From Amoebidium appalachense (taxonomy: Eukaryota; Protista; Ichthyosporea): a DNA stretch of 64,000 nucleotides. Below, piece after piece: positions 41,248 to 55,480 of this stretch. The position numbers were made by a program, and so were the translations under genes. Location: the NCBI GenBank assembly GCA_963693365.1, contig CAVNZM010000007.1, forward strand, positions 1,163,979-1,227,978, read 5' to 3'. Numbering within the stretch: the stretch's first letter is position 1; every line of letters starts with the position of its first letter. The notes under the pieces were generated by a model. That model ran no database searches. It saw only the letters and a list, made by a program, of their open reading frames with translations, and had not been told where the DNA came from.

Positions 41248-41995
41248 AAAAAAACGGCAACAACAACATGCGTGACGCGCACACACACATACACTCATTA
41301 GCACACACTCACCATTCCACCCACAACCATGCACACCCTCGACAAAACTTCTGAGGGAAGAGAGAGAGCCTGAGCCTCAGAGAGGCGGGGGGCAAGGGGG
41401 GGGGGGGGGGGGGGGAGGGGGGGAGGAGGCGAATGGGGGTTATTCATATGCCTAGAGAGGAATAATGTAGGGTTGTGGGGGGAAACAGCCACATGCATTT
41501 TTTACTTGTGTTGGGGGAGAAGATGGGGGGGGTGGAGGGGAGGGGTCCTACAATAACGGCAGGTATCAAAGTCTACCAAACCCAAATTGCAGTGTGCGTA
41601 GTAAATTAATATTGGCATCCTGCCTCACAGGGGGTGCTGGAGCAGAAGGGCATCGACATTGAAACCGAGCTCAAGGGCGGCGACCTGAGCTACTTCATGG
41701 AGCGCATCCGGCGGGTCATTCCCGACCCATACACGCTGGTCTCGCGGCTGGTGGAGTTCAAAAACACCTACAAGGATGTGCCGCCCGGACCGGATGGCAA
41801 GCCTCTGTTCAAGAAGGATGGCTTTGAAAGACTCGAGGCAACATCCCCTCCCCCCCCCTCCCCCCTCCCCCCGCAGGGGCCCAACAACTCCACCACCACA
41901 GAAAAGATTCTTTGCTTATTTGTCATCCTTGGTTCATCTGCACGCACACGCACACCCTAGCCTCCCCCCCCTCCCCCCCCCCCCCCAAACATACA

Positions 41996-42052
<57 letters not shown>

Positions 42053-42136
42053 CCCTCACGGCCCTTGCTGCCTAGCCAGTTGTTTTTTGCCTTTCCCTGC
42101 TCCTTTTTGTCCTTAGCAACCCCATCCCCCCCCCCC

Positions 42137-42168
<32 letters not shown>

Positions 42169-44226
42169 ACCACCACCACCACCCACCCATCTCTCTGATG
42201 TTTGCTTGTGCCCCCACAGTCGCTGCTCGAACACGCCCAAAATGGCTGTCTGTCGGACCCCCCCGGCCTGCCCCTCTACTACGAGACCACTGCCGACGCA
42301 GATGGGCTCATGCGCTACCGCTGCATCCGGGGCACCAACGAGGTGGAGGGGGCAGTGCACAACCCCCTGGCCACCCACTTTGGGGCCACACGCATGTCGC
42401 TGCGCCTGCTGGACGCCACCATGTCCAATAGGCGCCACCGCCACAACCTGCGTGCACACTACCGCAACCGCCTGGGCCAGGCATCGGGGCCCCCCCACTA
42501 CAGCCCCTGGATTGTTGACGACATGGAGGCACTGGCCCTGATGCTGTACGGCCATCACCTCGACCCCCAGTGGGTACCCGTGGGCTGCTACAAGCTACCG
42601 GAGGAGTACTTCAACTTTGCCCCGCTCTCCTGTGTGGCCAATGCCCCGACGCAGGAGCCAGTTGCGGTGCCCGCACCCCCACCTCCGTCTGATAACAACG
42701 AGCCTGCAGCCAATGGCGTGATGGGCGGGCCAGAGGACTGTGAGGTCGAGGAGGGTGACGGTGCTGCCATGGGGGGGGGCAACCAGGTGGCGCGTGGTGC
42801 ACCACAGCCGGACCCTGCACTGAGGGGCGACTACAAGTTCCTGGCGCAGAAGCAACATGTGGCCATCCCCTTCCTTCCGGTGCTTACCCCTCAGGAGCGC
42901 AAGCTATTCAGCACGCTGCTCCTGGGCACCTACAAGGCACATGCAAAGCCCAACGGCCAGCTGTTCGAGGCTTTGGCCCAAGACTTCAACAAGGCTGCCT
43001 CTGTGGCTGGGGGAATCTACATGAAGGATGCGGCCTACATAAAGAAGCATTTCGACAAGTGGAAGACCTGGCAGACGGCACATGCACAGCGCTCCACACA
43101 CGAGGGCCTGGCAGATCACCGCAAGCGTATGCGCGAGGAGAGGGCAGACGCTGTGCCAGCAACCATACGGCCTGCCCCCCTGCCACCCCTCCCTGTTCCA
43201 GACGGTGTCGATGCAGGGGCGCAGCGTGAGCGGCCCTTGCCCATGCGTGTGGGCAAGAAGCATCGCAACATTGGCCCTGAGGGGCCCCTGCAGATGGATT
43301 TGCCGGTGCCCCCTCCTATGCAGCCACCCCAGAGAGCCCCCAAGACCTGCAAGACGTGTGGCCGCCAGGGCAAGGGCTGCCCCGGCTCCAATCGGGCCAA
43401 GAGCTGCCCACGTTGGGTTGCAGCCAATCAGGATGCCATGCCACCAGCACCCGCGCTTGACATGCAGCAGGGCCATGTGCCGCACATGCCCCCTGCACCC
43501 CATCCAGGCCCGCACCACCCACATGGCTGGCCCCCACCGTGGGGCATCATGCCGCCTCAGCCCGGCCCTGCCTTCCCCATGCCTGGGCTACTGCCGCAGC
43601 ACGGTCCCCATCCTTACTTGGGCCATGTGGGCCAGCCCTCGGCTGGTGGGCAGTTCCCACCCCCTTCTCGTGCATCTGCTGTGCTGGGCCTGGCGTTGCC
43701 ACCTGCTGGAGAGACGCAGCTGCAATGGCACGATCGAAAGCAAAGTAATCGTGGCCGCAAGTCTGCAGGCAGCCAATCAGGATCTCAGAGTAGTCAGAGT
43801 AGCCAAACTAGTGTCTAATATTGGAATGTACACCAATGTAACGGATCTCATATGTGTTGTAGCGCTTCAAGTTATACCTGTTCTTCGTACAGTCATGTTA
43901 GGGGGGGAGGGGGGGGGGGGGGGGGGCTAGCTTTCATTCCGAAGTTTACTGTTAAGAATTAAAATTTAGAATCTGAGTAATAGTACAGAGCCTTTGCACT
44001 TTTCTCTGTTTGTTAGGAATTCTTTGTGATCGAGAGTATGGTGTGTTAGACTATTGGTGTTAATGTGTCCTGGAAGGTGTATAATGTCTGCTGGCCGCAG
44101 TCAGTATTTATTTTTAGGTATATATATTTTTAAATGTTGGCCGCTGGCCAATAAATAGCAAATAATAAACACACGATAAAGTCAACAGTGTGCCAAAAAA
44201 CTAATCCCCAGCGAGCGCACCCAGTG

Positions 44227-44317
<91 letters not shown>

Positions 44318-44355
44318 CGCGTGCGTGTGTGCGTGTGTGTGTGTGCATGTGTGCG

Positions 44356-44395
<40 letters not shown>

Positions 44396-44998
44396 GTGTG
44401 GTGTGTGCGCGGCTTGTACATATGTACGTGTTCATGTGCACCTGTGTCGGACCTACGAAGTACACGAAAGTAAATTTTGACAGCATCGATCTGCCGGTGT
44501 GTATGTGTATGTGTGCCAGTGCAGCAGGTGTGCCTTGTAACTGATAGCTTCGCATTTTACGTGTGTGTGTATATAGTAGTACACATAGACACTTGCTGAT
44601 CATTCGGATCGACATTAATATTTAATCTGTCGGTCCTCGGTTTTTTGAGTGAATGATGATCAAGTGTAAGAGCATTCACTTGGCAAGTATTAATGTTGCA
44701 GAGGCTAGCTGCAGCTGCAAGCGTCGGATGCACACTGACAATTGTCTTTTCAGCGAGTCTAACCTGCAGGCTGCAGCTGCACACATATAGGGTTGTTATC
44801 TTGCGGCACATGCACGGTGATCGTTTCAGAGTAATAGAGTTCAGAGCAATGAAAATAATGAAAATAACTAAACTTTGTGACTACTTTAAAGTTGCTGAGA
44901 TCATACGTGGTGCAAGCTGCACTATGAACACATGTACAGTGCTAGTAATTATTACATTTTTGTTGCCTTCTGCAGGGTTATCGTAGCTACTGCACTCA

Positions 44999-45032
<34 letters not shown>

Positions 45033-45604
45033 GAGGGGGATGATTCGAAGGGGGTATAAATAAGAACATGCACCTAAAGGTCTTTCCCGTGGATCCCCCC
45101 CCCCCCCCCCCCCCACCTCTCCCTCCCCCGGGGCCCCATAATATGATATCTAGGCCCAATATTATATGCCCCTTCCCCCCCCCCCCCCCTCCCCCTCTCT
45201 GGATCCCCGGACCCCACTTCCCTACCCGGAGGCTCAAGAGCTCCCCCCTCCCCCTCCCCTTCCCCCCCCCCCCCCCCCCCAAGGCTTACGGGGGCCCTTC
45301 TTCATTGAGGGGGAGGGGGTGGGGGTGGGGGGGGGGGGGGGTGGGGGTGGGGGGAGGGAAGTGGAAGGCAGGGGTGGATGCATGTCAGCCTAGGTGAATT
45401 CAATTGTTTAACTCCAGTGTACAGGACTGGTCTGAAGGCTTAAGAAAACAACGAGGAAATGGGGTCCAGTGGAGGTGGTGGTGGTGTTCTGTGTGTGTGT
45501 GTACACGTGCACGTATGTGTGTGGTTTTTTTGGGGGGTGAGTGGTGGTGGTGGTGGTGGTGGTGGTCACCGTGGTGGTGGTGTGTGTGTCTGGTGTGTGT
45601 GTGT

Positions 45605-45649
<45 letters not shown>

Positions 45650-46510
45650 TAGAAAGAAAAACTGCTCGTGGGTCACTGTTTTTCGTCACTGTATTTGTAA
45701 CGGGCCGCTCATATGTATATAACTACTTTAAGTACACGTGTTCATTATCATATACGATGGCCAAATATAGAAATTTTGGCGTCGAAGTTCTCGGAGCTAA
45801 AAAAACGTTTAAAAGGGGGAAATAATAGCTTGGCCCCAAATTTACCTTGCCATTTTTAGCGAATGTATTTTTTATTCATGAGTTCTAGTAATTCAGTGAG
45901 TGCACGTGCCTGCCTCAGGCTGATCATGACAACTGCAACACACCATTCCTACATGGATATCAACCAAAAGAAAATAGTATATACTGTGGTGGTCTCCTAA
46001 ACCTTGTGCGGCATGTGCATACATGATATTACAGTGACGCATGTGCATATTATTGTTCTGTACACCGGAGTGTGGTGCACGTGGCTGTTTTGTGCACATG
46101 TTACAATAGCAGCACGATCTCCCTAAACTCCATGTTTACACATCCCTCACCCTGGCTCTGCCTTGTCGGTGCTCCAAAACACACATACAAATCCCCCTAG
46201 ACTCAGTGCCTGCACATGGTCGCATTCACGTGCAGGTCACGTGACACATGCAATGCCATACTGCCGTCTACAGCAACAACCACGGCAGCATGTATACCGG
46301 CCCAGCACGAAATATACTTATCGGCAGCCCACTGAACTCGCCCATTTTCTCTTTTTCATGTATGACCCTCCTTTTTTGTGAAATCACCCTTTTTGGCCTC
46401 CCGGTAGTGGATTTTGCAGGATTTGACTTCTTTGAGGTCCAAAAACCGGGGAGGGAGAATTCAAAAATTGCCCGCTCCTGATATGGTACCCGCGCCCCGG
46501 AGGTGGATTA
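38941..46510 (+). mobile_element. Putative DNA transposon carrying the exonuclease-containing transposase
   Basis: TAATCCACCGCCGG (38941) versus CCGGAGGTGGATTA (46497-46510), 1 mismatch in 14; these bracket the transposase gene. TSD is ambiguous. Confidence 0.45.
39209..43818 (+). pseudogene. DDE transposase (DxxH type) with inserted WRN/DnaQ-like 3'-5' exonuclease; 5'-truncated and frameshifted
   Basis: FYTDRCC; exonuclease VGLDCEW, TLQIA, KVGKQIGTD, SNW..LS..Q..YAALDAY; then NDAFH, RIRRVIP, CLSDPPG, YRCIRGTNEVEG, CKTC..C..C. Exons near 39209-40104, 40565-41204, 41631-41838, 42220-43818. Frameshifts at ~39530 and ~39650. Confidence 0.78.
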
Positions 46511-48534
46511 TGCGCGAAATGTTCAACGCCGTGTGAAGGTCTAAACCAATGAAATTCATGTCGTGAGACCTTTTTACATTTCTCTCTCGGCCAATTGTCG
46601 GCAGTGCAATATAGTCAAAAAAAGTTAAAGTGGAAAAGGCGCCAAACGGAAAGTCCGTTGTCACCGGCATGGCCAGCTTGCTGGTGATCCCTGCGACAGC
46701 CCGAGCGCAGGCTGCGACACAGCCACACACAGCCGGCCACGTGTGGTAGGTCGTATAAAAACAAGCCCCCCCTCAACTATTCTTCCTCTTCGCGGCCAAC
46801 TTGTAGGCAACTTTTTTTTTTACCATTGGACAATCTTTTGCACATCGGTCAAGATTGTCTGAACCGACAAGATGCCTGTAGGGGGAAGCAAAGAATGCAA
46901 TTGCTGCAATTGCGGCCGAAAGGGCCATGTTTCGTGCTAAATACATAGTGGTTTTGCAACCGGAAACGTTGTTGTTGTTATATATGCAAATGGTATCATC
47001 AAAGTGTATACAAATACATACATACGGGACACTGCACAGTCACTACAAAAAAATAGTACCGAGTCCTAGGTACGGGGTTTACACACTTTTTATATATATT
47101 CTCTTTGCCTCGAGTAAACAGCGTAAACCCCCTTTTATATATACGTGCAAAGTATGCGCATTCCAAACAACGTAAAACTTGCGCAATGTGACTGGGTAAG
47201 CTGAAAAAAGTGTTGTCTGTTTGGCACGAGCGGTTATCTACGCCAGGTTTTGACCTAAATCCGGATTACAAGTCAGAATCTGGATATTGATTTGATACCC
47301 GGCGTATACGGTCTACGCCGGAGTTCGTAACTCCGCGTTGCCAAACAGGCCCTTACAGTAATCATGATCGATATCGCGCCCAGCGATTGCACGTGTACGT
47401 CTACTGTGGGTGATAGCGGGGCAAAAAAAAAAAAAAAAAAAAAAAAAGTACTAGTGGGTGATAGCGCTACTGAAAAAGCGGGAAAAAAAAAAAAAAGGAA
47501 CAAGCTGAAACACAGCATATAACAATAAGTTACACTTGAAAGCCTCAAATATACGGCCTAACATCACAATAAAATGCACTTTTCAATCAGTCACGAAGAA
47601 GTTCAGTGGTTCTCTCAATCAGATCCTGATGTCATGATGATATTAGACATGTTTTACCATAACACATTTCGTTTCGAATATAATAAGTATATCGTCGACC
47701 TGTCTAATCTGCTAAAATCGCGAAAAAGATATTCGAAATCGATACACTTCAAAGTTTCGAATATCGTTCATATGAAGGGCCAAAAGATATTCGACTGTAG
47801 TATCGTATATCTTTTGATAAGATCGAATTTGATTGGATGCGATTGCATCGATCGTGCACCATGGTCGGGTCGGCTGTTCGTGCGATGATCCCAAGCCCGA
47901 AAATTCAGACCTTTTTTCTCGGTATTTTTTCAAGCCCCGGTGTATTTTCGCCCGAGGGGTATGGTATTTTTCTTCCCAAGTCAATGGAGGATAAAGGAGG
48001 GGTCCTACTGTAACTTACCATGAAACTTGCGGGGGCTTACCATAAACTGAAATTTTGATGGTATTTTTGAAAACTTTTGGGTATTTTTTACCGTAAAAAC
48101 GGGGTTATGGTCGGGCTTGGACTGCGATCCTGCGATATTGGGCCACAACACGCGGCTCATGGCTGGGCCAATCAAGGCGAAGCGATTGCTTTTTTGTTCG
48201 ACTGACGTCATCGAGGTGCGAGCAAACTGTTTGATTGGCCAACGTGTTCTCAATAGTGCGACGTCAGACGGACACGTGTGCCCCCCAAATTAACGAATAA
48301 ATGTCCAAAAAAGTAAAACCCACGGACCATATATGGTCAAAGTTTTGATTGGTCTGTTATATCGTCCACCAATAGACTGAACGCTGCAGTCGATCGGGCG
48401 CAACGGTCCACCGTTCTCCCATACCTCATCTGACTCCCTAGATTTTGTGGGGAACGATCATGTCTAATATGGAAATTGAAAACTCTTATAGGAGAATCAT
48501 AGGAAATTTGATTTTTGAACACTTAGCCCTTAAG

Positions 48535-48685
48535 CCCCAAATGCGAGCGAACCGAGCCTACATGTAAATTTTTTTTAGCAAACTTGCCCCCAAAATGCGA
48601 GCGAAGCGAGCCTAAACGTAAAAAAATAGTCAGGATATCGATGAGACCCCCCAAATGTGAGCGAAGCGAGCCAGGCGCATAACCG
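48535..48685 (+). repeat. Three ~57-60 bp imperfect direct repeats
   Basis: CCCCAAATG(C/T)GAGCGAA(C/G)CGAGCC at ~48535, ~48587 and ~48649. Confidence 0.75.
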
Positions 48686-49076
48686 TTCTGGTGGCGGACC
48701 AGGCATTGAGCAAGACCTAAGTAGTTGTTTAAGAAACAAGCATTCAACTAAGGGAAATGCAAAGAAAGCACTTGAGTGGGGATTCTGTGTGTGATGTGTG
48801 CAGTGTGCATTGTGCAGCGTGAGTGTGAGTGTGTGTGTGAGTGTGTGTGTGTGTGTGTGTGTTGGGTGGGGAGGGGAGGGGAGGGGAGGGGAGGGGAGGG
48901 GAGGGGAGGGGAGGGAGGGGAGGGGGGGGGGGAGGGGAGGAGGGGGGAAGGAGGAGATGGTGGGGGGGGGGGGGGGGGGGGGACAAAAGCAACAGTCACA
49001 CAGGATAACGGTAACAGAAATGGATCAGAATGTGAGCCCAGGAGAAAGTGAGAGGGGAGGGAAAGTGACAAATGGT

Positions 49077-49124
<48 letters not shown>

Positions 49125-49373
49125 GCCAAAGTTGAGCAGGAAGGAGAGCATGGATGGAGCATTTGGGGGGGGGGGGGGGGGGGGGGGAGGGGGGGGGGTT
49201 TGAATGCGGAACACAGTACGAAGTACGCATACACGATGAGAAGCATGGTGCAGGACACATGCAAAGGCAAACATTCAAGTATGCAGCATCAGCCATGCGC
49301 ACAGTATGCGTCATAAGCAGAGCCCATCCTCAGGGAGGGCCCAAGTCATCAATTGCGTCTGAGTTTCGACCCC

Positions 49374-49891
49374 TTAGCCCGCGTATATACGACGCTCCAA
49401 CTCAGACAGCAGCAGGAGGGGGGGGGGGGCACCTACCACCTCATACAGGTTTCTCAGAAAAAGAGCCTTGAGGCGCTTGCCTCCCCAATTGGTCCACCCA
49501 AACTGCCTAGCGTCGCCAACAGACTGGCCTTTCTTCTTAACCATGTCCTCCTCAGCAGTGGGCGACCGCGAGTTGGTAGACTCCCCATCACTCTCCTCAT
49601 CATCCTGGGACCCAGTATCTGGCCCGGTGGAGAGGGAGCCGCCCTGTTGGTCTCCCTCAGGCTGCTGCACCTTCGTTGCAGCTGTGGCCTTGGGCTTCTT
49701 GGTTGATTTGCCTGTGGGGCGTGCGCTGCGCTTAACACCCCCCTTGGCTGTTTGCCGAGCAGACAGGCCTTCTTCTGAGTTGACCTTGCCCAGGGCTGCA
49801 TGGTTTGCGTACACAAAATTAAGAATTTGAATAGGTAAATGCTCATCATTCCACAAGTCCCAAACACAAGTCCCAAAAACATTTGCCTATA

Positions 49892-49923
<32 letters not shown>

Positions 49924-51342
49924 ACACACACCACCACCACCACCACCATCACACACACACACGAACACACACACACGCCACACATACACGCACGACATAC
50001 ACACACACACGCGCACGAGCTTTCTCTAGCCTCTCTTCTCTCTATCCTCTCTCCATCTTCCAGCCACCAAAACTCCATACCCCTCTCCCCATCAATTGCA
50101 CACACACATAAACTTACAAACCAACACCCCCCTTCCCCCCCCCCCCCCCCCCCCCCCGTATTTCTTCTCCAAAATAAAGCCACTCAGCAAACATGGCAAC
50201 CTCGACACATAGGTATTCCTCCTCCCCCCCCCCCCCCCCCCCCCCCGCCCACACACACAAACACACACACCAAAAACACACACAAAAAAAAGGGAACCCC
50301 CCCCCCCCCTCAAGATCCCCCCCCCCCCCGACACCCCCTCAATGCCTGCCCAGCCCGTTCCCCTCCCCCTTTTCTCTCCCATATAGATTTTGAAAACAAC
50401 TCCTTTTGATGTAAACACCGTGGCTGTCGGACCTGGTAAGCATTTGCAGATAGAACAGCAGTTACTTACGTTTGCCGAGGATAACCTTGACGATGCAACC
50501 CAGCTGGTAGTGGTCGGGTATGAAAGACCCCCCGTTGTGTTCCTCGGGGGCAGAAGCCTCCAGCTGCCTCAGAATCTCAGACCAAGACAGCTGTCGATTT
50601 CTCCGAACAACGTCTGGCTCATCCTCCGTCTGTGTGTTCAAGAAATGCTCGAAAACCTGTGCAGAAAGTATCGATGAGTCAATAAAGTGGTGGAAGTTGG
50701 AAGCTGTAAGGCTTGGGTGGGGTAGGAGTTGTTTGGGAAGGGGAACGAGAGGGTGGGGAGGGACGGACGAAGGGAGGGTGTGTCAAAAAGGTAGAAAAAG
50801 GGGGGAGGGGGAGGAGGGGGAAAGGGGGCCAAGGTACAAAAGGGTGGAACGATGGGAAACGGGACATGCAGCACCTGTTTGTCGTGCGTGTTGTAGTTGA
50901 GTAGAGTTAAAAAAAAGTGAGAAACAAAGGAGCAATAAAGCCAAAACCAAAAACGAAAAAAACATTCAAACAGAAAACCCATAAAGAACGGGGTGTGTGT
51001 GTAATGGGGGAAGGGGGGGGGGAAGGGGGGATAGGGGAAGGGTGGGGGGGGGGGCCTCAATGGAGAAAAAAGGGGGGGAGGGGCTGGGTCCTGCTATAAC
51101 ATTCCTCGTACCTTCCTGAGGGACTCGTTCAAGTCCAAGCGCTGCTCATTAGTGTAGGTTTGAAGCTCGTTGTGCCACCCCTCCAACCTAGCACGCCGGG
51201 GGAGCCCATTCTCATCCACCAGACCGTCAAAGAGGCCATGGTCACGAGCCAGACGGGCCAGCTCCTCCACCCAACCGTCATACCCAGCTGCGCTCGTAAT
51301 AATGGCACGAAGCTGGGGTGCAGTGTACTGAGGCTGACTCAT
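49374..51342 (-). CDS. Hypothetical multi-exon protein, no recognised domain; 3' end uncertain
   Basis: ATG 51342 (MSQPQYTAPQ..LRK|gt); in-phase exon ~50657-50470 (VFEHFLNTQ..VILGK|gtaagt); further coding-like exon ~49800-49440. CCAAT boxes at ~51447 and ~51479. Confidence 0.5.
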
Positions 51343-51730
51343 GTTTGCGGTGTCGTGTTATTTGGAAAAACGGGCGATGCAAACTGACCTCAACCGCCAG
51401 CGTCGCTGCTTTATGAAGGCTGCGTGAACTCTGCCGCCAAAAACAGCCAATCAATGTTAAGCGCGCCAAAACTTTTAGCCAATCAGCGTTAACTGGCGAC
51501 GAGCCCTGACGGGATGGAAATCGACACCTCATATTATGGCCGACAGGCTCGTCGGGGTGGCGATGGGCCCGGCCAGGTCTAATCACACAGATCGTTGAAC
51601 TGATACGAGGAATTTGACCGCATACCAACGGCCGACGAGTCCCCGGCGGCGAGCCGATCACACAGGTCCACTTGTACGTAATCGGAAGGAGCTCGAGAGG
51701 CTCAGACTGCCGAGCGAAAGGGGGGGGGGG

Positions 51731-51815
<85 letters not shown>

Positions 51816-51822
51816 AGGGAGG

Positions 51823-51930
<108 letters not shown>

Positions 51931-52148
51931 AGCCTGGGTAAATGATATATAAATATTAGTAGGCGAGCAGGAAACCTTTTTGTCGAAAGTACAAGAACAA
52001 AGAGTGCGGAGGGCGGAGTGGGAGAGGGAGAGAGTGAATGACAGAGTGGTGAGGCGGAGAGAGAGAGCTCTAGAGATCGGAGAGTCAACGCGTGGACTGT
52101 GATCAAAAATAGAGTAAGAGAGAGAGAACTAGGGCGGCGACAAACAGT

Positions 52149-52314
<166 letters not shown>

Positions 52315-52482
52315 CGAGAGAGACAGAGAGAGAGAGAGACACACACACAGCAGTGCTTGACCTGGCCCGACAGGGCGTCATCTCGGGGCCATGTTCTAGA
52401 CCCACGCTACTGTTTTTTACACACCAACCTTGCGTTTTACCTGCCAAATTGTATACACCTTCCCCCTTGTTACAACTTCAAG

Positions 52483-53897
52483 ATGTCCACACCCGTACAA
52501 ACAGGTCTATCACCACGTCCGGCCCCACGACGGCAAAGCAAGGAGGAACCAACAACCCACGATGCAGACATGAGCAACTTGACAGACAGAATCAACACGT
52601 CGGTGAACGTGTCGGAGCCCCTTCTCCGTGCTCTGTCGATGCATCAATCAGACAATCCAGGAGATTTAAACTTCGAACGGGGACAGATTCTTCATCTTTT
52701 GAGAAAAGAAAACGACAGTTGGTGGGTGGCGAGACACGAGAGGGGCGGTAAGGAAGGCCGGGTACCAGCAAAACTAGTTGAAGCAGTTCTCGAGGAGGAT
52801 AGAGAGACTCCCTTGCGTGGATTTGGGCCATGTTCTTTGGCCATTGAACGGCGGCAAAAATGGTTTCATGGGCCAATTTCACGTGACACGGCAGAATTTT
52901 TGCTTCATAAATTTGGATGCCAGGATGGGTCGTTCCTAATAAGGGAAAGCACGAATTTTCCCGGTGATTTCACGATAAGTCTGGTAGACCAGCAAGTTTT
53001 CAAGCACTATCGCATTCGACGGGTGCAACCGGCACAAGCAGGGAATGGCCCGGGGGGCATTTGTAAACTGACGATTGGCGATGGGAATGAGTTTGATAAT
53101 GTTAACGATTTGGTGAAGTTTTACCATGAAAACGCGACAAGCCTGCCCACGAAGTTGAGCAAGTACTGCCCGAAAATGACTGAAAAATTGATTTTCGACA
53201 AGCGTGTTTTTCTGGACTGGGAAATCAAGTGAGTGCTTTGTTCAGCTACTTTTTGTGATTTACCTACCTTGTTGTGTTGTTGACTGAACACAGAGGGATG
53301 GGTTGTATATGCTAACCGTGGTTGTGTGTCTCCCCCCCCCCCCCCCCCCTCCCCTCCCACCTCTCTCTCTCTCCCTCCCCTCCCCTCCCCCCCCCCCCCC
53401 CCCCCGCCCCCTGTCCCGTTAGTGTGTACTTTGTACTGTGGCACATTAGCTCCCTCAACCCCCATCCCCCCTCTCCGTATCTTCCTCCCCCTTCCCCACC
53501 GTGCCCCCCCCCCCCCCCCTCCCCCCTGTTCCCCTGCCCCCCTCCTACCTCCAGAACACACACGTGCACAACGTGTTGGCCCCTGGCAAACACAGCAATG
53601 TGGTAGTGTGTGTGTGTGTGTGTGCCCGTCCTGTCTGGAGGGAGGGCACGAGGGAAGGGGGGGGGGGGGGGGGGGGGGGGAGGGAGAGGGACAGAAGAAT
53701 TGCAAGGGAGAGCTGTGGTGTAAGTGTCTGTATATCATGCACTTGTGTGGGGGGGGGGCAGGAAGAGGTGGTTGGGGAGGGAGGGAGGGGGAGGGAGGGG
53801 ACGTCTGTGGGATGGTTCATGCAGGCTTGGAGTAGCGGGCATGGGAGTGAGGCGGGGGAGGGGGAGGGGGAGGGGGCTGGTGTGTGTGTGTGTGTGT

Positions 53898-53956
<59 letters not shown>

Positions 53957-54793
53957 GGTGTGTGTGTGTGTGTGTGTGTTTTGGGGGGGGGGGGGGGGAG
54001 GGGGGGGGAGGGGGAGGGCGGAGGGGAGGATTTTCAGCAGAGGGAAAACACGGGTTTTGGGGTCGATGGGAGAAGTGAAATGGGGTTTGGGGAGGGGGAG
54101 GAGGACCAACTGGGTAGAGAAATATTGGGGTGGGGGGGAGAAAGGAAGGGGAGGGTGGGGGGGGGGGAAGAAGGTAAGATTGGAGATGGGCTGGGGATTT
54201 GAGGTGAAGGCTACTCTCCGGGAAAGGGGGGGGGGGGGAGGGGGAGAAATGGATATTTGGGCAAGTGAAACGAAGAGGATGGGGTGGTCAGAGAGTGTGC
54301 GTGTTTGTTTTCAGGGGGTGGAGGAGAGAGGTGGGGGGGGGGGGAGGTGGAAGCCTTAGGGCCATGACCGTAATTTGAATGGGGTGGTGGAAGGTGGTAA
54401 TGGTGAAGGGAGGATGAAATGCAAGGAGAGAAGGGGTGTGTGGGCACTGCAGAGGGGGGTAAATAATGACTTTGGAGGGGTGGTGGAAACATAAAAAGGG
54501 TGATAGAAAGAGAGTGGGTTAGGTGATGAGTGTTGGCGTAGTTCTCTGTTGGTGGTTGGGGTGTTGGACCGGTTGAAGGGAAGAGGGTGGGGAGGGGAGG
54601 GGGGAGGGAGAGGGGAAGGAGGTAGAGAAGAAGGAGGGGAGGGGAGGGGGGAAATAGAGAGGGAGAAGGAGGAGAGGGAGGAGGGGGGGGGGGGGGGGGG
54701 GGGGAAGAAGAGAGGGGGGAGGATAGGAGAAGGAGAGAGAAAGGAGGGGAGGTGGAGGGGAAAGAAGGGGCGGGGGGAGGGGGGGGGGGGGGG

Positions 54794-54829
<36 letters not shown>

Positions 54830-54941
54830 GGAAGGAGAACGGGGGAGGGGGGGGGGGGGGGGGGGACTATTTTAAGCTGTGGTGCTGATACCTTCCACCT
54901 CTAAAATGATGATTGGAGGTTTGGGACAGATGAAGCCCCGG

Positions 54942-54999
<58 letters not shown>

Positions 55000-55442
55000 A
55001 GATGGGGGGGTCTCTCTCTGACTTGAAGGAAAGGAACTGGAAGGAGAAAAAAGGTCCGAAGAAGGAGAAGAAGGGGGGGGGGAGGGGGGTTGGTGCTTTG
55101 TTTTGCGCAAAACGGGAGCAAGTTGCTGACTGTATGTGGTGTGCAGGTATGGGGATTTGGAGCTGGGCAAGGAACTGGGCAGTGGCCAGTTTGGCGATGT
55201 GCTGGCAGGCACGTATAAGGGCAAAACAGTCGCTATAAAGGTATAGTGCAACCCCCCCCCCCCCCCCCCCCCCCCCCGCGCAAATACCATGACTATGATA
55301 GTGAACTCCCTCCCCCCCCTCCCCCTCCCCCCCCTTTTTTCCCCCGTGAGGATGGACTCTGGTTATTTTGCATACTGTCTCTGTTTGTGCACATCCTCAT
55401 TAGTTCATATGTCGTAAGTTTGTTCTTCATACTGTGAACTGC

Positions 55443-55480
<38 letters not shown>

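Noticed and set aside
44130-46400. Many short ORFs rich in Pro, Gly, His-Thr, Cys-Val or Arg-Glu (here and throughout the window)
   Set aside because: They are translations of homopolymers and dinucleotide microsatellites.
47680-47860. TCGA-rich stretch as a structured RNA or repeat array
   Set aside because: No consistent period or convincing long stem by eye.
47985-48012. Pogo/Tc1-like right TIR (GGATAAAGGAGGGGTCCTACTG|TA)
   Set aside because: No matching left TIR or transposase found in the window.
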